Shown piece by piece: positions 1 through 12,859 of a stretch of DNA of 64,000 nt. The notes beneath the pieces were generated by a model. It ran no database searches. It was not told the DNA's origin and saw only the letters and a list, made by a program, of their open reading frames with translations. Source of the DNA: Hydrolagus affinis (taxonomy: Eukaryota); NCBI GenBank assembly GCA_012026655.1, contig JAAILG010000930.1, forward strand, positions 1 to 64,000, in the 5' to 3' direction. Positions within the stretch are counted from its first letter, which is position 1. Each line of letters opens with the position of its first letter. The translations under genes and the position numbers were made by a program.

Positions 1-194
1 CACACACCTCCCCCCCGCTCGTTCTCTCTTTGTTTTTACTGTACTTTCATTACGTGAATGGAAACCGCCTGAGGGGGGGAGTGGCCACGACATGAGATAC
101 AGTAACCCACACTGACACATGATCGGCCATATTTCCAAGACCTGGGGAAAATAAAAATAAATAAAGAGGAGCTAATAATGACACGGCTGGAGGG

Positions 195-235
195 GTGTGT
201 GTGTGTGTGTGTGTGAGAGGGGAGAGAGAGAAAGA
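195..235. repeat. (GT)n(GA)n microsatellite in RORA intron 1
   Basis: Direct reading. Confidence 0.9.
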
Positions 236-542
236 GGAAAACACTGGCTACAAAATGTCCATATGCAAAGCGGTGTTGTGGGGGTGGGTAGGAGGGGAAA
301 GGGGGTGCAAAAGGCGGCTTGGCAAGTAGTTATAGCTGTTAGAGCCAAGTTGTCCTCGCCGTTTAATGCACAGATTAAACCACCACCATCCCCCTCTCCA
401 CCCCCCCCCATCTCCCCTCCTCCTAACCCGGTCCCAACATGGACAGTTGATTGGCTTTGATGAAGGACCGAGGCGAGTGTGACTGAGTGAGTGAGTGAGT
501 GAGCCAGAGGCTGGTGACAGGGTTTACAGCTTGTTTGTTTAC

Positions 543-690
543 CTCTGTTGGTGCTGGAGCAGCTGTGGCGGCGGACAGGCGCGGTCGGCTCGCCGGCTTT
601 CGGGAGGCTGTCAGCGGCTCGGGAGCTGGGCGGTTCGGGGCTGACGGCGGCTGATGCGGCTGGAGTTGTTGCTGGATGAACGGACTCCAT
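543..690 (-). CDS. RORA: First coding exon of nuclear receptor ROR-alpha (RORalpha1-type N-terminus); rest of gene lies left of the window
   Basis: Translates MESVHPATTPAASAAVSPEPPSSRAADSLPKAGEPTAPVRRHSCSSTNR+G. This closely resembles human RORalpha1 MESAPAAPDPAASEPGSS...SEPPAPVRRQSYSSTSRG. Kozak context aacATGG; phase-1 donor AGAG|gtaaac, the same phase as human exon 1; CpG-rich. Confidence 0.92.
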
Positions 691-810
691 GTTTGGTTTG
701 GTTGCAGGCAGAGGGTCTCTCTTGTGTCGGCTTGAGGAGCCTGGAACTCTCAACTCAGTCGCACTGGCTTCACAACAGGGCTCGGGTTACTGGGCTGCCA
801 GTGGCAGGAG

Positions 811-886
811 GGAGCGAGTGAGTGAGTGAGTGTGTGTATGTCTGTGTGTGTGTGTCTGGGTCTGTGTGTATGTGTGTGTGTGTGTG
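811..886. repeat. (GAGT)n + (GT)n microsatellite in 5'UTR/promoter
   Basis: Direct reading. Confidence 0.9.
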
Positions 887-1256
887 CAGCAGACGCAGAG
901 GCTGCGATCGGCCACAGGTAGCGCTGCAAACGAACTGTGTTATAAGAGAAGCCCCTGTTCTCTAGGAGAAAGCACAGGGAACAGTGTCTACTGCAGAGAC
1001 ACGGATAGCAACCCAGAGCAAAGCATTACATAGCCACACAAAACACGTCATCTAGACGGATTGGGCGATAGGCAGACCATTTTTCATACGGAAAAATGAG
1101 TTACATAAATAATCAGTTTATACTTAAACATCCAATATATGCTGGGGAGAATATCAGAGAATTATTTGAAAACCGACTTGACATTTTTTTTAGGCAAAAG
1201 GCAAACGGAAGCTGCTACAGTTAAATTTATTTCACCAGGTTTATTTTTCGATTGCA

Positions 1257-1257
1257 A

Positions 1258-1288
<31 letters not shown>

Positions 1289-1458
1289 ATCCACAATATT
1301 CATTTCTGCAGTTATTATTTGCAGTCTTGGGTAGATAACAGCAAATAGTAACGATTTGCTGATGACAGCATTGAATACCATTGACAAGTTTCACTGACTC
1401 AGTAACAGTGTAGTCTCTGCCTTACCCGAGAGAGAGAGAGAGAGAGAGAGCATGTGTG
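1257..1458. repeat. (CT)n(GT)n and (GA)n microsatellites
   Basis: Runs at ~1257-1288 and ~1428-1449. Confidence 0.85.
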
Positions 1459-3789
1459 TTGAAATGAATTCTCTCTCACGCCAACTTTTCTGCAACGCTC
1501 CCACCAATTTGTAATAATTTTTGACAAAATCCAATTTGCTGCTTGGTGAGGATCCCTCCCGATTCAGCACATAGAGCCATTCCTCTATCCAACGACAGGC
1601 AAATATATATATAAAGCAGATAGATGAATGCAGAAGTACTCGGAAAGTAACTAGTGTGTACATGTGCAAAGCACGGTTTGCACAGACCAGAACGCGGCCA
1701 GGTGTTTGATTGTTAATAGAGCTAAGATATTAATAATATGGTTACATGAGATATTTGTGGGAATCAAGGCACACTGAACATGTCATTAATGCCACTGGCA
1801 ATTTCCAGCTGGAAGTTACACTTGGAATAATTGTACTTGTTCTTGGAATAATTACTCTTGGAATAATTTGACTTGTTCAACCACTTTATTTCCTTCTATC
1901 CGTCCTCGCAATTAATTACGCAATACTCTTCGTGTGTAGTTACACACCAATTAAAAAAAAGTGTCTCGGTCTTAAATATTCTGACTGTAATCAGCCTGGG
2001 GGAAAGTTAATGAAGCTTCAGTCTTCGGTCTCGAGGTCTGTTCATTAGAAAGAAACATTTTCTGAACTTTATAAAGTAAATTAAACATTCAGTCAACCCC
2101 CTCCTTTTATATATATATATTTTTTAAAAAGTCAACTCGACTACTAGAAAATAAATCTCTACCTCTCTTCATAACATCAACAGACACAACGCATTCTCAT
2201 TAAGTGAGGTATAGTCTAATAGAATAATATTGCGCTACAGTACTGTCACACGGCGCAATATTGGTGGGTTACAATGGACCTCTGTCAACGGGTTTCTCAA
2301 AGCTGCTGAAACGCTTAACACGATCACATATAAACACCAACAGGCGCTACTAAATCAAGGTGAAGATTAGAGGGTTGAGTTTCAATGCAAATTTGACCTC
2401 GGAAATAAAACGCCAACGATAAATGGTCTACAACCGAAAGCCACACACCACCACTTGTGTGTGTGTGTTTTTTATATTAAAAAAAATCTTCTCCGGTTGA
2501 AGTCGATTTGCCTCCGTGCGGACACCTGATCCCTGCGCTCAGATAAACTAGTATTGGATCCATTTAAAATTCGTGCTGTATTCTCGAGTACATTTACAAA
2601 AGAGAAGACTGTCTTTTTGTCTACGTTGTTCTCTGCCTTTTTTTTTAAAAAAAAATCCTGGTATGAGTTGCCTGAGTATTGTCACTAGTCAAAGGCACCC
2701 TATTAATGGATAGGATTGCCCGCAAAAGACATTTGCTTTCCTTCCAATTAAGTCAGTTTGTTTGTTTTTAATACTAATTTTCCACGCTACAAAAATCAGA
2801 CCTCAAGGCCTGGGCAGACTGGCAAAACTTTCCGTGTCAAGAGTTACAGTAACATCAACACGTCTAACAGATTAACAATGATTCCAGGCTTTTAAAAAGT
2901 GTGACAATAATATCAACTCAAAACTCTCAACAAACAACCCATGGCAGGCTTCGGTCGCCTTTCAAAGTCTGCCCAGTTCCTCCCCTGCTAATTAGCAGTT
3001 GTGAATTTGGACGCGTTATAATTTCGAGTTTAATCATTTCTACATTCCTGTTACTCGAACAACGGCATACAGCAAAACAGAGTCGAGGAAAAGGGACACT
3101 TTGTAGAGAACAACTGATATTTCGGCTCGGAGGTGCCATAAACTACCTGCTGAACTGCAGAGATTGCTGATCGTCTTCTAAAAGATCCATACACTACTTA
3201 CTGACTTGTCTCTAGTTTATTCTCGAGTGTTTGTTGTACTATCTACAATACATACAAAGTGTATTCATAATCACCTACACTCGGTGTGGTGTGTGTGTGT
3301 TTTTTTTGTGTCTCTGACGGTGCTGCCTGGATGTTTTTAGGTGAGATTGTATGAGGTGGAATTTACAGGCCAGCTGTACTGCAGTTTGTACCAGTTGCAT
3401 GTAACTCGGTTTTGAAACAATGCGAACTGCAGTAATTAATCCAGATTTAGTCACGCAGTTATGCAGCACAGTTGCAGTATTTCAGTATATTTTCATTCCC
3501 ACGCTTACTTAACACAAACTGTGTTGAGACCAGATCGGTCCAATACATTCCTTTGTCCCATTATTTCAGGCGAATGGTTTACACTCCATCTACTTTGTAT
3601 TGCATTTACCTTAACCACACGTAGCCCGACAGCACTTATGTATAGTGAACTTTAAACAAACTCTCCTTAGGCGAATGACTTACCATTCTTAATTTGAATG
3701 CCTTGGATTGTCTGACAGGATTTTATTGCAATATGTATTTGGCGCATTTGAAAGTGTGCGCAGCAATATCTCTCTCACACACACAACCA

Positions 3790-4045
3790 TTAAGTGAATG
3801 ACCAAGTTTATCTGAAGGACTGTTGGTCCTGAAGGAAGATTCCCTGATTTTCAAATAGTGTCATGGAATCTTTAACGTCCACCTCAACGGGACCCCAGTT
3901 TGTCTCATCTAAAGGGCAGTACCCCCTACATTGAAACCCTCACCACCCCCCTCCCTGAAGTATCAGCCGAGATAACTAGTCTTGACCTAGTACTTCAGCA
4001 CATCATCTTCTGACCCAGAGGCCAGAGTGCAACCAACTGAGCCAA
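3790..4045 (-). mobile_element. Degenerate Deu-type SINE fragment
   Basis: tttcaaatagtgtcatggaatctttaacgtccacct...tctcatctaaagg...cttctgacccagaggccagagtgc is the reverse complement of the element at 17812-18245. Confidence 0.7.
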
Positions 4046-5877
4046 ATTGACATAGGGACAGGGGCACAGGAACAGAGGAAGGTCATGCAGCCCATTGAGC
4101 CTGTTCTGCCACTTTTAGAACTTGTCAAATCTTTGAATCTCAGAGCTCTGCCCTTTACCTTCTGCTTTTCGCTTAATACCACCGACACCTAGTTTAAGGT
4201 ACAGTGAGTACATTTGGAGTTCCAGTTCTCTAGCTCAGGGTGAGTATAACAGAGTCGAAACTGTAACTCAGTCAGCCTGCCTTACATTGTTCTACTACAG
4301 ACAGTGACTGGAATCAGTTCCTTCTAAGTATAACTGCAGCACATGAAGAATATGATGGGCTAGTAACAAAAAAAGAACAGTACAGTGTGTGAAAGGTAAT
4401 CTAACCAGGTAATCTTTGGGTGTACAGTTGTTATTTTTTTTAAATAACTAAAAGGTTAATAATTTTCCATTTGCTATACAGCCTATTCAGATTTCATGCC
4501 CTCTTGATTTTATGGTTCGAAGCAAAACATTATATTTTTTTCCGCAGAAAACGAGCCAAAACAAGGAGTCGGGATTTATATTTTATACCACGAATCGGCT
4601 CTAGAAAATTGCCAACCAACCAACCAAGTGTAAGATCGCACCCCAGCAGCTGGCACTGAAACCTTCCTTCGATTTTTGTAATATATATAAAAAAATAACA
4701 TTAGTCAAAGAATTAACGTTATAAAAGTTGAAGAACGCAATCGGAATTTGCGACAGTATAACCGGATTTAAATTGAAGTTGCTGGCAATTCTAACAGCCA
4801 CCTCCCGAGGGTTTAAAATCCAATCAACGTCCCTTATTTTTTTTTAAAAAATCTTTTTCTTTGATAAATAATGTTTTAGGGACTACAATGTTGTGGTTTA
4901 GAATTGACGGTAAATGTCCAGTAATGTAAAGGAGGCACCGCCTTGTGAGTTGGTTAGGAAAGGAGGACAGTCGTGTGGTTGGTTATTCAAGTGATGCTTT
5001 ATTTCAAACCTCTCGTTCAAAAATCGCCAGTTTCCAGTCGGAAAATGTAGCTTTAAAAAGTCCCCATTCAACCGGTTTCGGGGTATACAGTATATCATTG
5101 AATCCCCAGACGTGTACTGTATAAAACTGTCTGAGACATCCATCAGCGTAAATTACAGAGACTGTTTTGTGGCGGCTTTATATTAACATGTACACTATAT
5201 ACACATACATATATGGATAGCATGTCTTTTACTCCTTGTTTGTGCAGTTGGTAAACGCGACGGCTTTCTGTCCAAGGGGAATTTTTTGGGGGGTGGGTGA
5301 TGGGAATATAACTAAAGGCATAAATGGAACAAGGGCAAATAGTAATAGACTTTTTCAGGTGCTGTGTGTGTGTTTGCTGTCAGGCGAGGTGATCTCGGTG
5401 CTGGAAGCCTGACTCAGGTTAAGTTAGTTCAGACTTGGTTACTCAGCAGCCTTGATGTGTAGAAGAGGCACACTGTCAATGTCAATGTCGATTTCAACCC
5501 CTTCTCCGCCCCCCCCACCCCTCCCTCCCCCCTGGCTAGGCTGAGCTAGGAGCTGCCCCATATACTCTGGCATGGTTTCCCTCAAACCTTTGACACTGAC
5601 AATCGTGCTATACTGTACTACTAACCTACCTGCCCCACAGACCTTCTGATACCAGCCAAAGTGCTGAGATTACGGTCAGAACACCATTTGCTTTGACCAT
5701 CACACTGTTGTTGTTGAGTGCGATTGTTCACACTGCACTTGAATGCTAGGTTAGTGGGAAAACCTTGTAAATATATATACTGTATATATATATATACATG
5801 AAATGAACATGTCCTATCATGTCTTTCAAGTCGCATATAGGGTATGTATATATATATATATATAGAGTGAGATTTGT

Positions 5878-6030
5878 CCACAAATATACAGTCAATTCAC
5901 TTTACAGTAGACTCTGTGAAGTGATTTGATTTGTCTAGAAGACGTGAAAAGTGCGAGATCAAAATGCAAGGAATATTATTATTATTATATACACAACAAC
6001 AACTTGCATTTATATAGTGCCCTTCACTGA
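5878..6030. mobile_element. SINE 3' end (+) abutting an L2-type tail (-)
   Basis: cagtcaattcactttacagt...caaaatgcaagg(aat/tat)n followed by (aac)n ttgcatttatatagtgcc. Confidence 0.75.
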
Positions 6031-6124
6031 GGGCAGCCACCCCTTGCTTACAATCACACAGTGAGTACAATTCCGGTTGTGCATCTGGATATCAGGTACT
6101 TTCTGAACGTCTCATTATGAGAAA

Positions 6125-6365
6125 TGTAGCTCTATTCATTCACTTTTAAAGCCCTCCACCGTCTTGCCTCCCCCCTTATATGTGCGACCTGCTAAAATCT
6201 CAACAATCCACCTGCTTCCTCTGCTCGACGGGCACTGGCCTACTTCAGCCCAACCCACTATCGTTGGTCGGGCCTTCAGCCTGTCTACCTCCACCCTCTG
6301 AAACTCCCTCACCTTCTTCAAGGCCTGTCTCAAGGCCTTTCTCTTTGACCTTGCCTTGGGCCTGT
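6125..6365 (+). mobile_element. L2 LINE 3' ORF2 fragment
   Basis: ggtcgggccttcagc...accctctgaaactccctc...ttcaaggcctgtctcaaggcctttctctttgacc (GRAFS..P.LWNSL..FK..LK..LF motif). Confidence 0.8.
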
Positions 6366-6447
6366 TATTGGTATAACTTTCAATGTAGAAAATTCCTAGG
6401 CGTGGCATTTCGAAAACAGTCATTATAAGCGATTGGGAACCCACCTG

Positions 6448-6740
6448 AACAACAACAAAATGACAAAATTACATTTATAGAGCGCTTTCATGTCAGGATG
6501 ACGTCCCAAGGCGCGGAACAGTCAGGGGTCGGGACCGAGCAAGGAGGAGGGGCAAGGTGGGAGGGGAAGGAGAGAATTGGGAGGGCAGCAGAAGGCACGA
6601 TCGAAGAAGGACTGTGGGATGGAGTTCCAGAGTGTGGGGGCAGAGAGGCTAATAGCCTAGCCACCAATGGTAGGGTGGGTCGGACGGGGGACATGGAGCA
6701 GACTGGAGCCTGCTGAACAGAGCGGTTGGGCACCTGAAGA
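6448..6740 (-). mobile_element. L2 LINE 3' end with (TTG)n tail
   Basis: aacaacaac...ttacatttatagagcgctttcatgtcaggatgacgtcccaaggcgc; ggatggagttccagagtgtggggg. Confidence 0.8.
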
Positions 6741-7014
6741 TATAGAACAGTGTTTACTCTCAAGAGTGGAATATGTACGTTGGTACGAATAGAAGGAACT
6801 TTCTCCCGCTGTCCTGCCCAACAATTCCTCCAGGTTAAAAAAAAAATTCCTGGCTGTTTTGGGGATATCTCTGGGCACAAATTGGGTGCCATGTTCACCT
6901 GCAGAATCCTGTGAAGCACTTTAAGATGTATTGATAATGTGATATCTGCCTGAGACACTAATATTTGGTGTTCTTGCTTCTCCAACAGCATGACACTAGC
7001 CATATCTGTAAACT

Positions 7015-7122
7015 ATAAAATACACAGTCACTACACTTTACAGTAAATCCTGTGAAATGCTTTCAGGCAACCTCCCAATGTTGCCCGAAAGCTGCTCTAT
7101 CAAATGAAAGGATTATTATTAT
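7015..7122 (+). mobile_element. SINE 3' end
   Basis: cagtcactacactttacagtaaatcctgtgaa...tatcaaatgaaagga(tta)n. Confidence 0.7.
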
Positions 7123-8984
7123 TCATCTCATACCATGAACGTAGCAGAAAAACATTTCAGCCACAAACTACATAATGTTCAGCAACAAAAATCAGGCAAC
7201 GATATTACTCAGGTCAACGAACAAGAAATTTGGATGGCAATAAAGCGGTTTGGGTAATATGTTATTTTTGGTTAATTATGTCGACCTTTGAGTTCCTGAT
7301 TGTTGTTTTAATGTATGCACTGAATTTGCTTCTTCTAGTATTAATGCCTGTGGTATTATAAACCTAAGAAAACTGAGAGTAAGATTTTTCAAACAAAATT
7401 GAATGTGAAAGTAATTGCTTTCACAACCTCACCGTTAATTTTTCAATGACTGAAATAAGAGCTGAATACCATGCATTCAGTTAAGACCGATGTTACCGTT
7501 AAATTAATTGCACATCTTTTTAAGTATCTCGGCATTGCTATTAACTCTAAGAGTCAGTGAAACTTCATCCTTGTACCTCCCACATCAGGGCCACTTGTGA
7601 GTCAGACTGCTAATTTGGGCTAAACCTCTGGGGTGAGGGGATTTTGCACTTATTGGCTTGAGACTGCAAAACCTATTCTAAGTGGAAATCTTTGCAGCTG
7701 CAAAAAAGGGTGCTGGTTCCATGGGTCTGGATTTAAACCAAACCCATATGCAAGAGGTGAAAGGACAGCACATTAACTCACTGCGCCCCCCAGTGTCCAA
7801 TTCTCATATTTCTAACTATCTTAGGATATTCACATTGAAGGTGATATTTTCTGAGTTCAGTTAGCAGATCTGGATTCAATCAAAACCGTTTTGAGAATAA
7901 AGCAAATCTCAAAAAAGAAAAATGGAACGTATTGAAAGAAAGCTGACGAATAGTGCACTGCGTGATTTACATTGTGTGTTCCAGCTAAAATCAGCGGGTA
8001 CGACTGGGAGCTGCCATACACCAAACATGACATCCTCAGAGACCGTTCTTTAAGGAACCTACAATGCCAATTGACTGAAGGGGAATGCAAAAAGATTCTC
8101 TCAGAGCACAGAGAAGATAAGACAATTCCTTTTGCCAAACCGGATAAAGCATCTGTGAGTGTCAGACGATTTATCTTTCTTCTACTTTCTTTAATTATTT
8201 GACCAATTAATTTTTTAGGAAGATGAGCGCGTGAAATAGAAGAGTCACCCTAAAGTGTCTGAGGGAAATCCTCCTTGTCATGAGAAAAGTGGTGGGACAT
8301 GGCACTCGAGGATGATAGGGAGGCAGGAAGCGAGGGAGAAGAGTTTGACTGCTTAGCTGGCGATGGGATGGGAGGAATTTTTAACTGAATTCCTGGCACA
8401 AACATCGACATGTGGAATGGACAGGAGGAAAGGAGTTAGAAAGTTATTGAAGCAGACATGAGTAGCACACATTTGCTCGGTTTGGTTGGAAGCTGTTGGA
8501 TTTCACCCAGATTTTGAAATTTAGCAAAATTATCAGGTTCTTTTAGGCTATGCCTGGAAATCTCAAGGATTTGCTTATTTTCTTGCATACTGTATTATCT
8601 TTGTTGAATTAAAAGTAAAAGGGCAGCATTCCTTCATTGTAAACAAAGGCTCTGCAGACTATTTGCATGCTACAAGGCAGTCAGAATGGTATTGGTGGGA
8701 TTTAATGAGGTGAAGAAGAGTAGACCTTAGTTTTCAAACATGCTGTGTCTTGGTGTGATGGGATGCAGGTTTGTGTAAGTTGTTCTCCACCCAGTTGTTG
8801 ATCTATGTTTGGCTGTTTGAAGAGGCACCGTCCCATAGGGAGCGAATGGATGAGGTTTGCTGTACTTTTTATGGGCAGCTCAGAAGCGCAATAGGATTAG
8901 GTCCATTCTCATTCAAGGAAGAGGTCATGGACTTCTTCATATCATATCTTCTTCATATCTTCATATCTTCAACAACTGCTTGGC

Positions 8985-9255
8985 TGCATCCTCTTTGTCA
9001 ACCATGTCCCTTGTACTCAATCAGTGGCTGTGCTTTCAGCCACTTTGCCCTGAAACTCTGGAACTCTGTGTCTCAATCCTTCTACATTGCCTCCTCCTTG
9101 CCTGACCTCAGATCGTACCTGAAGACCTTCCTCTTCAAACATGTATATTGGCATCTTCAAGCTCGCTCTCTCTCCGCATAACGCTCCACCACCATTAAGT
9201 ACTCTGAGTTGTTACCCTGTGTGAAGTGTGCTATATAAATGCAAGTTGTTGTTGT
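8985..9255 (+). mobile_element. L2 LINE 3' end
   Basis: GCAFSHFALKLWNSV...LKTFLF motif, ending gctatataaatgcaag(ttg)n. Confidence 0.75.
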
Positions 9256-11544
9256 CATCATTGGTTTGGGATCTGTGACATGGGAAGCCAATAAAAAACA
9301 CTTTTCAAAAAGTTGAAATAAAAAAAACTAATGGGTGTACCTACACAGGAGAATTGACTGTCATGTTGATTGAACTGTGAGGAGATTGGTCTAACTGAAA
9401 CTAAATGATATGCATCTTTTTGTCTGTACTTTGCAACCATTTCTTTCTCCACCCAAAATGTTATCCCTCCCCCAAGCACGCAGTTCTCTAAGGTAGAAGG
9501 ACATTCAGACAACCTGCTCCCAGGCTTGTCTCTGTAACTAATGATTATAGAGGCATGCAAGGGTGGTCTTGATTGAATTACCTGCTGGTTTACGCACGTA
9601 TACCTTCTACATGTGTACAGTTCCAATCCACTTAACCCATTTATGAACCAGTCATAATCCTCATATCATCAGAACATTTCTTGGCAAACTATTTGGACAT
9701 TAAATGAAAATGAACTGTTTGGCAGTGGATTGAAGTATAAGCCCCCAATGGAACAAAGATCTGTAACAACAGAAGTCATAAATCAACAGGATGCTATGTG
9801 ATGGGCAGTGTCACTAATCTAATGCCGCATTGCTGATCTAGCAGACTGAAATAACATTTTCATTCTTCATTTTCCCGCAGATGTTTAAATATTGCTTGTA
9901 ACGTAAATCATCTGAAAAAATGCCCAAAGAAATAATAATGTTGCTGTCACTGAAAATTATGATCTGAAGGAACACAATCTAGTCTCAATCAGAACAAGGG
10001 AATTTTATATTAAAACGCTGCATCAATTATGTACATGGGTCAGCCCTGCTGCTTTGAACTCAACCAGCCCTCTCTATACTTTCCCTCCGTTTTGCAGAAT
10101 AAGTTTAGCGTTTAATAAATAAATTGAAATAAACCCAGTTGCTAGTAATATAGATGCTAGTAATATAGATGCTGTAAATCTATATTGAAACTATAGTTCC
10201 TGGGAAAATCACACTGTAAAGTTCCACCTAATCCAGCAGAACATAAAATAAATTGCTAAATTGAGAAAATCTCACTGGATTATTATTTCACAATATTCAG
10301 TGACAGAAATATTGTTCAGTGCCTTTTGTTAGCCACAAAAACTATGATCTGTATCACAAACAGAAACTAAAGATCCAAGCAGAAAAGAGGAATGGAAATT
10401 CATGACAACTGTCTGTGCCAGTACACAGAGGGCAGCAATGACATCTGTACGCTGTTATCTTCATATTTATTGTTTAAAGAATAAAAGTGTACAACTTTCC
10501 TACATTTCCCTAAAGGAGGGAATGCAACTTAAGAAGAATTGTAACAATAATTCCAACTGCGACCACGCATGCCATGTTTTGCTCCTTGATGTACAATTCT
10601 AGTCACCTCAGAAGGCTTTATGCAAACACTGAAGGGTGATTTTTTTTGGACTGTTCCTTTAAACAGGTGTTTTGGGCAAAATGGGGTGGGTTCTGCAGTG
10701 GGAAGAGTGATTTTCCCTCTCTCCCTGCACACGGGCAGGATAGTAGGAGCACATCTTTGTCTCTGAAATAATTTGGGTTATCCACTCTTGGGTTATCCAC
10801 TGCTAAAGGGTGTTTTAATCCTCATTTATCATCATTAGTAATATAAGGGTAACACTGATAACCCTGAGTGATTTATAGATTGCTCAGACGGTCTGTAGTT
10901 GTTTGAACTGTTCTAGTTTCACTTTTGTATTAATTTACAGCAAGACTAGACTTTTGCTATTCAGCTTTGTTGTATACTATTTATCTGTTTACTGAATGTT
11001 GTTTTATTTTCAGACCACTTGGTGTTTGACTGATTAATGTGGCTGTTAAGGGACTTACCCCAGGGTGGAAGAAACAGTTTTATTTTTACTAGAGCGACCA
11101 TGGCCCTTGGGACCTGTCTGGCTAACCAGCCCCCTAAATCTATATTATCTGCCAATAAGACTGAAAGGTAACCAAGCATTCAGAGAAGAGTAATAAGGAT
11201 GATTACAGGCTTTAGGAGGCGATGTTGTGAAGAAAGACAGAGGTGTACTGGCTTCCTTTTGCTGGAGAGAAAAAAAAACTAAGGGGTGATGTGCTGCAGG
11301 TATTGAAATGAATGAATGGGGTGGATCTGGTTGATATAAGTAGAATGACTGTTCAGCTTGGTCAATGAATGTAGGTCCATAGAATATGAATATAAAATGC
11401 ACAATTCTTTTGCCCTCCCCATAGGCTCCCCAATTAATCTCTTAAATCTTTATCGGTGAATGGTTTTAAAAGAGGCTGGGGTCAATCAAATGTATGATTA
11501 AAAAAGGGAATTGGGATTCATGGAGATACTTGACTACAATCATA

Positions 11545-11842
11545 AATAATAATAATCTAAACAGATCACATCCTCAAGACATCTCAAAGCACTTCACAGG
11601 ATTTTCTGTAAAGTGTACTGACTATTTATTTTGCAGGTAAACCAGGGAGCTAATTTGCACACAGCAATGTCCCACAAACCGCCATCAAGTGAAAGCCAAG
11701 TTTTATCTGGGGATTATTGGCTAGCACACCAGTAGAAACTCTGTTCTATTTTCAAATTGCAACATGGATCTTTAGTTTAAGATCTCAATCCAAAGGATGG
11801 CAATGCATCGCATCACTAACACTGCATTGGAGTGTCAGCCAA
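11545..11842 (-). mobile_element. Degenerate Deu-type SINE
   Basis: (aat)n...tctcaaagcacttcacagg...cacagcaatgtcccacaaac...ttggagtgtcagcc. Confidence 0.75.
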
Positions 11843-12369
11843 AGGACAATGTGGGGCTGCTTGCCATGTTTTGCTTCAGGGAATTGAGTGCACCAAACTG
11901 AACCGAGCTGATACGTGGAGGGAATAATCATGTGGAGATATATACGGTTGTGTAATATCCATGCTTGGCATTGCCCAGCCATTATAACTCAACATAGGTT
12001 TTCTCTTCTGTTGATTTAATTCTCAATGTCTATGAAGCTTTGCCCTTTCACCCAGGTTTCTCAATAAAATTCCATGAAGTCAATAAATTGATTTAAATCA
12101 CCATCTTTACCTTTGTCTCCTCTGTTACACGTCCCTTTAACTAGACATAGAGGCAACACGAGGCTCAGTTAATAGGAGAACGACAACCTGTCCTATGGCA
12201 GGTAATTTATTTTATCCTGCAATTGTTAGATACAAGTATGTGTAATCTTTCATCTGGGTACAAGGTTGTTATGATGGATCAGTATTTGTGACCTTGTATC
12301 AGACAGACTGTTTTATGAATGTACTCACTTTAATAAGGGAGATTTTTTTCCTTTCATTATTTTATTTTT

Positions 12370-12465
12370 CACCCTCTGAATTTTTCCCTGATGAAGACAT
12401 TGACTCTCGCCGTGGTCAAGTTCCAAGAGCACTGACTGATATGCCTGCAGATTCTCACCTAAGTT
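12370..12465 (-). mobile_element. Degenerate fragment related to the 60400-60655 element (AmnSINE2-like)
   Basis: Reverse complement acttaggtgag...ggaac...gagtcaatgtcttca...gaaaaatt resembles the 3' part of 60400-60655. Confidence 0.4.
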
Positions 12466-12637
12466 TGGGGACCGGAAACAGGTTGAATTCAGAAATTCGT
12501 TTCAAAGTTATGTTTGTTTCAATAGTAGGCAATTGTGATTGTATGTAAGACTAGAATTCAAAGTGCAAGTTTCTGTGTGCACAATATTTGGGACTATGGA
12601 GTTGAGGTTGACAGATGATTGATTGGCTATTGAAATA

Positions 12638-12795
12638 CAATAACAACAACTTGGACTTATATAGCGACCTTCCCACAGTGTAGTGTCTCAGAGCACTTAA
12701 CAGTGGTGAGCTTGACACATAGCTGGGATGGGTTTGGGCGGGAAAGGTGATCAGAAACACAGTCGAAAAGGTAGGTTTTCAAGCAGGAGTTAAAA
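12638..12795 (-). mobile_element. L2 3' tail fragment
   Basis: (aac)n ttggacttatatagcg...cagtcgaaaaggtaggttttcaagc. Confidence 0.7.
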
Positions 12796-12859
12796 AAGTG
12801 AGCTAACCAATTTATTATTATTTTCTTTGAATTATTAACCCTGGAAAGCAATCCCCCAA

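Larger units (their letters stand above)
470..1100 (-). promoter_or_regulatory. RORA promoter / 5'UTR CpG-rich region
   Basis: High GC and CpG around exon 1. TTATAA at ~940-945, CRE-like TGACGTGT (minus, 1043-1050) and CCAAT (minus, 1060-1064). TSS not determinable from sequence. Confidence 0.7.

Noticed and set aside
172-753. 193-aa ORF as a single-exon gene
   Set aside because: Only 690-543 is the RORA exon; the rest reads through the donor into intronic microsatellites
8771-9181. 136-aa ORF
   Set aside because: C-terminal half is an L2 remnant; no gene features
10141-10800. Short tandem duplications (gctagtaatatagat x2; ttgggttatccact x2)
   Set aside because: Ordinary slippage duplications with no intervening element
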